Shown: positions 27,201-38,802 of the stretch, one piece after another | Position numbering within the stretch: position 1 is the stretch's first letter | How the letters are laid out: each line of letters begins with the position of its first letter | Source of the DNA: Takakia lepidozioides | Taxonomy: Eukaryota > Plantae > Bryophyta | Direction of reading: 5' to 3' | Length of the DNA stretch: 64,000 bases | Assembly (NCBI GenBank): GCA_030704615.1 | Contig: CM060733.1 | Span: forward strand, 34,782,001 to 34,846,000 | Made by a program: the position numbers and the translations under genes | Notes under the pieces: generated by a model | Database searches by the model: none | Seen by the model: only the letters and a program-made list of their open reading frames with translations | Told to the model about the DNA's origin: nothing

Positions 27201-28045
27201 AAGGTAATTATAACCGTTCTGCGCCGGCACACTTTCTCCTCCACCAAATGTGAAGTGTATCAAGGTCAGTGTATCAAGGTCTGTTGGTCTATGTTGGTGT
27301 GGAATCCTCACCGTTCGGCATTTTAGAATGATTGACTCTTAGTCCCAAGCTTGCATTACACCGGCCATGGGCGACCGCTTCAGCTGCCATCGCCCATACA
27401 AACAGTATACGGGGCGACCGCTTCATTGGTCCCCGGTTAGACAGAACACAGACCGCCAGCCGATTTTAGGACGATACCACCACAGTGGTGTCAGTGGTCA
27501 AGGAAAGGCTATACATGTACAGGGGATTGATTTCCAGGCAATACCTCTGCAAGGATGTACAATGTGAGTGACGGACTGTGCATCTACTGTGTGCATGAAA
27601 CAGCGATCTACCTCTACAGTGATGTAAGCAGTGAATGACAGACTATACCTTTACTAGTGTATGAACGAGGGCAGCGATTTTCAGGTGATACCTCTGCAAG
27701 GATGTATGATGTGAGTGACCTCCTTTGGCTCTAATGTGAGCATGAAACAGGGATATGATAGATTTTCAGGTAGTACCTCCACAAGAATATACGATATGAT
27801 GGACACACAAAATCATTCCTCGAAACACTCATAATGGGCGACTGCCGAAGTAATCCGCCGCTGCAACGATATCATGGGTGCCCCCCTCCGCGGTCCGCGG
27901 TCGGCCTCAAGGGTCGTCCGGTTTGACAAGATAATGGGCAACGAACGTGGCGGTCGCCCGTTAGGTCCAGAAAGGACATGGTGCCCCCGAACTGGCAAAC
28001 GCGGCCACCGTGGCGGTCGGTGGATATGAGAAGGGCGGTCGCCTC
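27200..28045. mobile_element. Probable non-autonomous insertion with inverted subterminal GGGCGACCG motifs and internal imperfect repeats
   Basis: GGGCGACCG occurs near 27368 and 27412; its complement CGGTCGCC occurs near 27950 and 28036. Three imperfect GATTT.CAGG..ATACCTCTGCAAGGATGTA repeats at ~27527-27795. It abuts the truncated PPR copy. Confidence 0.4.
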
Positions 28046-28099
28046 ATCTGCTCTTTTAGTTTCCTCAATTTTTCAATCTCTACCACGAATGCATGCTCC

Positions 28100-28440
28100 T
28101 GGTTGTTGACCTAAATGCCCTGGCTACTTTCTCACATCTCCTCCATTTTTCTCACCTTTTCTTTATCATCCCACCTGCCAGCTACAGCATAGATGTTTGA
28201 TAGCAGCTCAGAAGTTGGCGCATGCTGTGGATCCAACTTAATGAGGCATTTTGCGAAATGTTCTGCCCACTCCACGTTGCCATAAATTCTGCAGGCACCA
28301 AGCGAGGCCCCACACCGAGCATCTGGCTCAATTGGCAGTCTTCTGATGAAGTATTCTGCCTCATCCAATTTACCTCCACGGCTGGGGAGATCCACCATGT
28401 AGCTGAAGTGGAAAGACATTTGAAATAGACATGAGGCCTC
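28100..28440 (-). pseudogene. PPR S2/E1/E2 fragment
   Basis: [67 protein letters not shown]. Small deletions; no upstream array. Confidence 0.85.
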
Positions 28441-28798
28441 CGATCATGCATTCTCTCATCAATGCAAACTCTTCTTCTGCAAGTTCATCTTGTGCTGGAT
28501 CACTCCAAAGAAATGTCCAACTGCCAAGCTTTCCTCAATCTTTGTGTATCCCCCTGGTCGACCTGTTTTGGAGTAAAGTTTAAAGTTATCTCGTAAGCTC
28601 TAAACTCCATTGCAATAAGGTCTATTGCTGTAACTTCAGCTGCTGTGATTTTACTCAAATTAAGTTGATCACTGTCTGCAGCTAAAAGTGGAGTAATACC
28701 GTCACCTTCACTGACCCAAGAATGTCCTCTGAACTGAAACAAAATGATGACCATTTTCCCTGGAGGTCTCGCACTTTCTTTCGCGGAAGTTGCCTGTT

Positions 28799-31700
28799 TC
28801 ACCAGTAATCGCCACAAGAACAAACTCCATTTTGGAAGTGGTGAAAACGGTTGGCATCCCGTACTACAACTGCTCGCTCAACTATCTTTGAGATGAACTT
28901 GGTGGCAGTGTGGCAGTCACCACACACTCGAAGGTTCTTGATGATGCGGATAGGCGTCCCAGGGGGCGTACTAATCAGCCCAAAAGCAATGGCCAGCTTC
29001 TCACTGTGGTAGCAAAGAGAAGTCCCCTTTTGCTCCTACTCCACATCATGCAATACAAAGCTTGTGTCAGGCATGTACCCGGCCTCTTTCATCAGCTCAG
29101 ACAATCTCTTCAGCTCGACGTGGATTTTCTCAATGTGTGGATGCAATTTGTCTTCTGCAACAAATGTATGTATCTGGTTGTTGATCTCAATTGCGCTGCG
29201 ACCTGGCTTGTTTCTCACACTTGTGTCCTCCATCATTTTTCTGATCTTCGCTTTATCTTCCCACCTGCCAGCTGCAGCATAGATGTTTGAAAGCAGCACA
29301 TAAGTAGGGGCATGCTGTTGATCAGACTCCAGGAGGCGATTCGCCGCACGTTCTGCTACTACCACATCTCCATGAATTCTGCAGGCACCAAGCAAGGCTC
29401 CCCACACCGAAGCATCTGGCTTTATTGGCATTTTCTTGATGAAGTCCTCTGCCTCATCCAATTGTCCTCCACGACCAAGAAGGTCCACCATGCAGCCAAA
29501 ATGCTCCACAGCAGGAGAGATCCCATAACATCGACTCATGGAATCAAAATAGTGACGGCCTTCATCCAGTAGGCCCCCATGGCTACATGCAGAGAGAAGA
29601 CATATGAATGTGACACCATTCGGATTCAAGCCTTCCTCTTGCATGTGTTCAAATAGTTGGAGGACCTCCCTCCCACACCCATGCTGGCCATATCCTGAGA
29701 TCATAGCATTCCATGAGACCACATCATGCTGAGCCATATTGTCAAACACTTGCCGTGCATCCTGCATCCTTCCACATTTTGCGTACATGTCAACAAGGGC
29801 AGTCTCCAGTATAGTATCAGGCGCAATTCCAGCTGCGGTGATATCAGCATGGACCTCTTTGCCTTTTCCGAGTGCAGACAGGCTGGCACACGCATTGAGA
29901 ATGCAAATGAATGTCACCTTGTCGGGCATGACCCTTTCCAATATCATTTGCTCATAGATCTCTAAAGCCTCCCTACCACACCCATGTTGACCATAGCCTG
30001 CAATCATTGCACTCCAGGAGACCACATCTCGTTGGGCCATATTGTCAAATACGTCACGTGCATCCTTTACACTGCCGCATTTGGCATACATGTCCACAAG
30101 GGCAGTTTCCACAACGATCTCTGGCACAAGTCCAGCTTTAACGATGTTAGCATGGACCTCCTTGCCCTTTTCAAGGGCTGCTAGACTGGCACACGCATTG
30201 AGAACGCAGATAAATGTCACCCTATTAGGCATAACCCCTTCCTGTATCATTTGCTCATACATCTGGAAGGCCTCCATACTATATCCATGCTGAGCATATC
30301 CTGCAATCATCGCATTCCATGATACCACATTTCGTTGAGCCATTTTGTCAAACACAAGCCGTGCATCCTTAATGCTCCTGCATTTTGCATACATGTCAAC
30401 CAGGGTACTCTCCAAAATGATATCTGGCTTGATTCCACTTTTTATTATGTCAGCATGAACCTCTTTGCCCTTTTCCAAGGCTCCTAGGCTGGCACAAGCA
30501 TTGAGGACAGAAATGAAGGTGACCTTGTTGGGCGTTACTCCTCCCTGTATCATTTGCTCATAGAACTGAAAAGTCTCCCTACCATACCCATTCTGAGAAT
30601 ATCCCGCCATTATGGCATTCCATGAGACAATGTCTCGTTCGGCCATTTTGTCAAACACTTGCCGTGCATCCTTTACGCTTCCACATTTGGCATACATATC
30701 AGCAACAGCAGTCTGCAGGATGACATCTGGCACGATCCCTGCTTTGGTTATCTCAGCATGGACCTCTTTGCCCTTTTCCAGGGCTCCTAGGCTGGCACAA
30801 GCAGTGAGAAGACAAATGAAAGTCACTTTATTAGGCATTAACCCACCCAATGTCATTTGCTCATAAATCTCAAAAGCATCTCCACCACACCCATGTTGAG
30901 CGTATCCTGCGATCATTGAATTCCATGAAACCACATCTCGTCGACTCATATGGTCAAATACCTGGCGCGCATCCTTTAAGCTCCCACATTTGGCATACAT
31001 ATCAACAAGGGTGTTCCCCAGGATGGTGTCTGGCACTATTCCACTTTTTCTGATATCAGCATGGACCTCTATGCCCTTTTCGAGGGCTCCCAGGCTGGCA
31101 CACGCATTGAGAACACAAATGAATGTGACCTTGTTGGGCGTTGCCCCTTCCCAAAGCATTCGCTCATAGATCTCCAAAGCCTCCCTACCACACCCATGCT
31201 GAGCGTATCCTGCAATCATGGCATTCCACGAAATCACATCTCGTTTAGCCATATCGTTGAACACTTGACGCGCATCCTCCACACTCCTACATTTTGCATA
31301 CATGTCAACAAGCGCAGTCTCTAGGATGATATCTGGCACAATTCCAGCTTTGATCATGTCAGAATGCACTGCTTTGCTCTTTTCCAGGGCTCCTAGGCTG
31401 GCACATGCCTTGAGAACAGGAATAAACATGACCTTATCAGGTGTCACACCTTCCCGTTGCATTTGGTCATAGATCTCTAAAGCCTCCCTACCACGCCCAT
31501 GTTTGGCACATGCTGTTATCATTATAGTCCATGTAAACAAATTTCGTTCAAGCATCCGCTCAAAGACTTGGCGTGCGTCCTCCACACTCCCACACTTGGC
31601 ATACATGTTGACAAGGGTGTTATGTAGAAAGATGTTTGGCTTGAATCCACATTGGATAATGTGTGCATGTACCTGCTTTCCCTTTGATAGATCTTTCATG

Positions 31701-33230
31701 TTGCTGCACTCCTTTAAGACAAAAACATAAGTGCTGGAGTCTGCATGAATGCCTTCTTGATTCAGCACATTCACCGCCTCGTTTAGTTGCCCTGCCTTAC
31801 ATAGCATCCTCACCTGCTCACAAGTGCCAAAAGAGTCTCCGTTGACTCCCTCTCTTTCACTAACATCCCTGTTGCCGATCAAATGCTCACCACCCAACTG
31901 GGCTTGATTTAACCCCATCCTGCATGGATCAAATCTCTCAGATACAGACCTTTACATACCTTTAAAGATGAGGCCTCAAATCCATAGATACTCTGACAAG
32001 ATATTTCTGCATGAGGAAAGGCTCCCTGCTAAGAATTAACAGATTTACAGGGCTACTGCAGTCGTCTACTTTAAATTTAAACGGTACCAATTATATATTT
32101 GAGTCATAACTCTTAACTCCTCATTTGACCATACCAGGTATATTCTTGGCTTAGAGCTGCATTGACAGAACCATCACCAGATTGTGCTCCGCCTTGGCCA
32201 GAAAGCTCTGAATTCACCCAATGTGGGTTTGACACCCCCTCACTCCAAAGGACCTCATTTTTGTGCTTCTGTGTGAGGTCTGGTAATATTGGGCTTCTCT
32301 GCAAAAAGCACCAGCGAGGGGAGTTCAGCTACTTCAAACTTCATCATGCCAGCTGAAGCCACGAGCCCTTCTAACAAACTCTTTGACATCGTAAATGAAT
32401 AACTCACCTTATTAAACCTGTAGTCACACCACTGTGGATGATGTGGCAAGAACTCCTGCCAAAGCTGTTCCTTGCTCATCACATGGCCTGCATGAACGAA
32501 AAGAACAAGTACCTTTAACAGATCCTACTCATCTGGATCTTTAGGAAAGAGAAAATTGAGAACACAGCCAATGTTTAAACAGCTGTCCCCTCTTCATGCT
32601 CAGTCAATTGATGGGCCTTTGTCTATTCTTAAGCATATCTTCCTTCTCACTATTTTCATGGGCTCTATGAGGTGCTGATCAAAGCACTCCGAGTTAATGG
32701 TGAATTGGGAATCCTTACCAGTGCCAGGTCGACTTATTCTACGATGCTAGTATGGACTGTCATAACTCTAGTCTTCCCTCTGTGTGCGCCCATGCCCTTA
32801 CACAAGGAGTGTGTGACGGGTAGTCCAACCACAGCCACAGTGTCGCATCTGCGTTGGATTCGATCCCTATAACATTCAACTATCACGAATGATATTTCAC
32901 AGATACGGAGTATCGTACAGGGCTATGGCGGCAAGCAAGCCAAGTACATATGTACCTGTCTCTATCGCTCACGCAATGGAATGGCAAGGGAACAAAAAAG
33001 ACAGCAGAAGGAGCTCAGCGAATGAGGACGAAGGTGTCGATTATACCCACATTCCTCTACAGACCAGTTATGACCATACAGTGGAACTTCTTGGAGGAAG
33101 ATGGGTGTAGTTTCTGCTGAGAACGACGCACGGAATGAAGAGATCCAAAACAACCACAGGCACAGCGATGCCTGTCTGTACCTTTCTGCGGGTTCCCTGC
33201 ATGCTGGGGTGGTGTCGTAGCCATCGCCAT
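28799..33230 (-). CDS. PDF-PLS-PPR-DYW paralog 1, with an in-frame TAG at 29036-29038 inside the DYW domain (E+-like truncation or pseudogene)
   Basis: Main exon 31919-28799 has 7 S-motif (MYAKC) triplets, E1/E2 and the PG box, then [19 protein letters not shown]...VCGDCH...CGDYW. Upstream exons: 32487-32408 ([19 protein letters not shown]|gtgagt) and 32298-32135 ([27 protein letters not shown]...YTW|gtatgg). First exon and start codon are uncertain (donor AAAG|GTACAG near 33182). Confidence 0.85.
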
Positions 33231-34857
33231 TGCCAGCTCCACAACCTGGCAGTCTAATCGACTGCATGTGAGGCTTCCACTCTTCCAACGGTCGTGGCCA
33301 TGACCTCCCTATGGTGTTCTCGTGAACTACTCTTGAAAGCGAGTAACACTTGCTCATCATTTGAACTTCCCATTTGACCCAGTGCTCGAATGTCGAACCA
33401 TTGAAAGAAAATGTCTATCTATGTGGATAGTAGCGAAGGTGTATGTTTCCTTCCCTTGTTGTAGATGATGCCTTTCAAGAATTTTCGCCTTACACATTGT
33501 AGCAGATTCTAATGAGCTGAAAATACTTGCGTCTGTTGCTTGCCTCCTTTCCTTATGCATTCGTGGCCGTCTGTTTGAGCCAGCAGAAATTGTTAGTTGA
33601 TCATCTGAACTTGTCAACAAGGCCGACTGGTCGACTATGCATGGCCCGGCTTTCCATGGCTGTAGACTGCATTGACATAGTACAAATTACTATGAAAAAA
33701 AACCACCTACCAGCTCTTGGCTTGCTCCCATCTTCTCAATTCACAGGCGTGGAGTGTGCACGAAATGGTCGTAATTTGCAGATACCCTGACGTCTTGTGA
33801 TCGCTCCGATTTCTATCCTCATCGGATCCATCGGAGTAAGATTTCTATAATAGGAAGGCATTGAAATCCGAGTATCACAAAACCATCTTTAAAATTTCTG
33901 CACAGAACTTTTTCTTGACACACTTTCATGAAGAATTGCATTTTGGTCTCAGTCTGGTTTTCCCGCAAGGACTGATGCTGATTTTTCCATTGTATACTGG
34001 AGGCCAGAGAAAGTCATTTGGAACTTCCTTTGGAAAAACCCTAAACCTGACCATGGAAAGCTGTGTGCCCATACTAAACTGCTCCATGTGCTGGCACTCC
34101 ACCTTTTCTCTGTACGACTGATTCAGCATAGAATCTTCATACGTAGTACACGAACAACCCACAGACAATAAATCAAAGCTATAAACCTCTACAACACCAT
34201 AGCTACAGCACAACTGAGATTGTTGGTCAGACAAGGTGTTGGAGGTTGGAACAATTATTAGGGGTTGTAGTGATAACTTTACCTAGAAGTAGATTTCTGG
34301 AGGCTGAGCTGGTAGGAAATGCTGAGTTGAGAAAGCAAAGGATCTCTCACCCATGAAGAATTAACCTAACAAACCTAGACTACCTCACCTCTCGCATCAT
34401 CAAACATGAGCAGGTAAGCAGCATTCAAGCTATTATACAAACAAATCCTGCAGTCACTTGTGTTTGCAAGTGGCTATTATAATCTGTTTCAGAACTGTAG
34501 TCTCTTTAATTTGGAGTAATCAATTATAGACCTCTCCAGCAACTCGTTGCAGTTAGTGGCCATCCTCAATCATTCAGAAATCCCCTTGTTAACTTGTTCT
34601 GGTGCAGAACAAGGGGATAACTCTTTGTGTGTCACTGTCTATTGCACCTTTGTCAACAACTACTCTGCAGAACTCTCTCACTGCGTCTTGAGATGATCAC
34701 ATTTCACTTCTCATCATCATGATGCGCAGCTCACAGAACTGATTCTCATCAAAGTACACTATCCTTTTGTTTCACTACCTACTTGTTTACAAGAAGATGT
34801 CGACTGTTGACCCGGTCCACCCATGACATGCATTGGCTTTCAAGCACTTGAAATGAA

Positions 34858-37800
34858 TCACCAGTAATCACCACAAGCGCAAACCCCATCTTGGAAGTGG
34901 TGGAAACGGTTGGCATCCCGTACAATGACTGCTCGTTCAACTATCTTCGAGATGAACTTGGTGGCAGTGTGGCAATCACCACACATCCGAAGGTTCTTGA
35001 TGATGCGGATAGGCGTCCCAGGGGGTGTGCTGATCAGCCCAAAAGCAATGGCCAGCTTCTCACTGTGATAGCCGAGAGAGGTCTCCTTCTGCTCCTCCTC
35101 AACATCATGCAATACAAAACTCGTGTCAGGCACATACCCCACCTCCTTCATCTGCCCAGACAATATCTTCAGCTCAGCATGGATTTCCTCAATTTGTGGA
35201 TGTGAGGTATCCTCTACAATGAATGTATGCACTTGGCTATCCACCTCAATGCAGCTGCGCCCTGGCTCCTTTCTCACACCCCTGTCCTCCATCATTTTTC
35301 TCACCTTTTCTTTGTCGTCCCACCTGCCAGCTGCAGCATATATGTTTGATAGCAGCACATAAGTTGGGGCATGGTGTGGATCGCACTTGAGAAGGGATTT
35401 TGCCACACACTCTGCCAATTTCACATTTCCATGAATTCGGCAGGCACCAAGCAGGGCCCCCCACACTGAAGCCTCTGGGGCGATTGGCATGTTCTTGATG
35501 AAATGCTCTGCTTCATCCAACTGCCCTCCCCGGCCAAGAAGGTCCACCATGCAGCCAAAATGCTCCACTGTAGGAGTGAGGCCATGGTCTTTGCTCATGG
35601 AATCAAAGTAGTGACGGCCTTCATCCACTAGGCCCACATGCCTACATGCAGAGAAAAGACATATAAAGGTGATGGCATCAGGCTTCAACCCATCCTGTTG
35701 CAGTTGCTCAAATAGATGGAGGGCCTCCCTACCATAGCCGTTCTGAGCATATCCTACAATCATTGCGTTCCATGATGCCACACTTCGTTGAGCCATACCG
35801 TCGAATACTCGAAGCGCATCCTTTATGCTGCCACATTTGGCATACATGTCAGCAAGTGCAGTCTCCAGAATGATATCTGGGCCAATTTCAGCTTTGCTAA
35901 TGTCAGCATGGACATCTCTTCCCTTTTCCAGAGCTGAGAGGCTAGCACATGATTTGAGAATGCACAGGAAACTGACCTTGTCTCGCATGACACCTTCCTG
36001 TATCATTTGCTCATACATCTTGAAGGCCTCCCTACAAAACCCATGCTGTGTATATCCTGTGATCATCGCATTCCATGAGACTACATTCCGTTTAGCCATA
36101 TTGTCAAATACTTGACGTGCATCCTTTATGCTCCCGCACTTGGCATACATATCGACAAGCGCAGTCTCCAGAATGATATCTGGTGCAATTTCAGCTTTGA
36201 TGAAGTCAGCATGGACCTCTTTACCCTTTTCCAGATCTCCAAGGCTGGCACACGAGTTGAGAACACAAACGAACGTAACCCTGTTGGGCGTTACTCCTTC
36301 GCCTATCATTTGCTCATAAACCTCAAAAGCCTCCCTACCACTCCCTTGCTGAGCATATCCGGCAATCATTGCACTCCAAGAGACCACATTTCGTTGAGCC
36401 ATACTGTCGAACACTTGCCGTGCATCCATTACATTCCCGCACTTGGCATACATGTCAACGAGGGCAGTTTCCAGAATAAGATCTGGTGCAATGCCAGCTT
36501 TGAGGATGTCAGCATGGACATCTTTACCCTTGTCGAGGAATCCTAGGCTGGCACAGGCATTGAGAACGGAAATGAATGTGATTTTATTGGGCATGCCTCC
36601 TTCCTGTATCATCAACCCATAGATCTCCAAAGCCTCCCTTCCACACCCATGCTGAGCATACCCTGCGATCATCGCACTCCACGAGACCACATCTCGTTTC
36701 ACCATCTTGTCAAATACTTTCCGTGCATCATCCATGTTTCCACATTTGGCATACATGGCAACCAGGCCAGTCTCTAGGATTACATCTGGCAGAATTCCAG
36801 CTCTGATGATGTCAGCATGGACACCTGTACCCTTCCCGAGGGCTCCTAGGCCAGTACATGCATTGAGAATGCAAACAAATGTGACCTTGTCGGGTGTCAG
36901 CCCTTCCCGTATCATTTGCTCATAGAGCTCAAAAGCCTCCCTACTATGCCCATGCTTGGCATATCCCGTTATCATTATCGTCCATGTAAACAAATTTCGT
37001 TCAGGCATGTTCTCAAACACTCGGTGTGCATCCACCATGCTCCAACACTTGGCATACATGTTGACAAGGGTATTGAGTAGAAAAACGTTGGGCTTGAAAC
37101 CGCTTTCGATAATGTGAGTATGTACCTGCTTTCCTGTTGCTAAATCTTTCATTTTAATGCACTCTTGCAAGAGAAAGACGTAAGTATTCGAGTCTGCCTG
37201 ACTGCCTTGTTGGTTGAGAGTGTCCAATGCCTCCTTCAGTTGTCCTGCCTTAAATGGCGTCCTCATACATACAGAGGTGCGGCCAGAAGAGTTATCAAAC
37301 CTACCACGAAACTGTGGCTGATTCAGCCCGGCCATCCTGCATGTTTGAAAAGTTTTAGCGACGAAACATTTACAGTCAATCTATACATGGTATATCTCAA
37401 AGCTCCTAGATAAAACCTGGGGGTCAAGCTCCTTCCTATATGTACAAAAACTATTCCAGTCATCTGTTTCAAAGGTAGACTCTACCAATTCGATCTGTCT
37501 AAGTTGACACCCTTAAATCATCATTGAAGCAATACCCGTTGTATACTTGACCTGAAGCTCCATGGTATACATCAACATTGAAACAATCACCAGATTTTGC
37601 TCGAGATTGTAGTATTGCAGATAGCTCTGCTTTCACCCAAGGAGGGTTTAACCAGCTCTCAATCCAAAGCACCTCCCTTGTACCCTTATGTCTGAAATCT
37701 GGTGAGCTTGGACTGATCTGTGGAAACCCAGTAATGTGCAGCTGAGCCACCATAGCGCCAATGACAGCCTTGCATTGACAAGGTTACACCCACCAGATCC

Positions 37801-38569
37801 TGGAATCTTTCAACTAACAGGCTAGAACCCTGAGCAACCTACTCGTGAAAAACCACATCATAGCAATTCGCTATTGATGCTGCAGGACAAAGAATGAAAG
37901 GTGATAAAATGCAGTCCACGAGACATCGTCGTACCAGCTTCACTCAGAAGCCGCCTTGACAAACTCTTTCACGTCATAAATGACAATAGCCTGACCTTGT
38001 CAAATCTGTTGTCCCACCACTGTGACGTATCTGAGAAGAACTCTATCCAGAGCAGTTCTTTGATCATTGCTTCCCCTGCGTGCAAGAATTGTAAATGCAT
38101 GAGAACCGATGAAATCGCCTCAGTCTATTGACCTGGCTCCTACTGAGAAGTGCAAAAAGGGTAACCCCTCGAACTGCAGCAATCCATGAAATAAGCAACT
38201 CTCACACTCTCTCGCCTGCAATGAGTGTAAAGGAGACATATACATGATCGATAGACCCGGATCGGTCAAGGACATACACATCGCTTCGACGGACAATATT
38301 TAGAAGACCCAAAAGAACACACAACGAGTGACATGTCTGTCTGTACCTTTCTTCGACATCCCTGCAGACTTGGGGAGCGTTACAACCATGAATTGCACGG
38401 GACTGGGCCCCGGCATTCGTAAGGTGGATGCCCGTTTCAGCTCGACAGCCTTGCCCTTCATTCCGCCGCATGATGCGAGGCCTCTCGCCCTTTCAATGCA
38501 AGAAGAAGACAAGCCGTTGGGCAAGGCATCTGCCTGCGCCCTCAGAAGAGTACCCCTGCACAATGACAT
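34858..38569 (-). CDS. Intact PDF-PLS-PPR-E1-E2-DYW protein, paralog 2; exons 38569-38347, 38075-37996, 37717-37536, 37336-34858; about 987 aa
   Basis: The 825-aa PPR ORF has PGRS, HSEKLA, CGDCH and a DYW end. Upstream GT-AG exons join in frame (intron phases 1, 0, 2) and add a transit-peptide-like leader plus [19 protein letters not shown]|[32 protein letters not shown]. The PPR exon is certain; the start codon is least certain. Confidence 0.9.
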
Positions 38570-38802
38570 ACTCGAAAGACGAGCAGCGGGATGCAATGGG
38601 AAGAAGCGTAGAGAAGCTCTGAACAGAATCTCATAGCGGATTGGATGCCTTAACGGCAACGACCATTTCCTTTGTAAACACCAGTTTACACATTCTTAAT
38701 GTGTTCGTATTCGATACTTGACAAAACGCATAGATGACGGTTACCTGCATCAGTTTGTGAATTCTGTATTTCCCCTTTGAAGATGATTCAGAAGATGACT
38801 AA

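Noticed and set aside
29036-29038. Stop repaired by U-to-C RNA editing
   Set aside because: This is a nuclear gene and the ancestral codon is GAG, not CAG. Organellar reverse editing does not apply.
28910-37413. Many plus-strand ORFs over the PPR genes (MSNTCRASF..., LPHLAYMS...)
   Set aside because: Antisense shadows of the repetitive PPR codons.
38133-38173. Candidate 41-nt extra exon in the PDF-PPR gene
   Set aside because: It would shift the frame or add a stop, and would leave a very short intron. Direct splicing 38347>38075 is already in frame.
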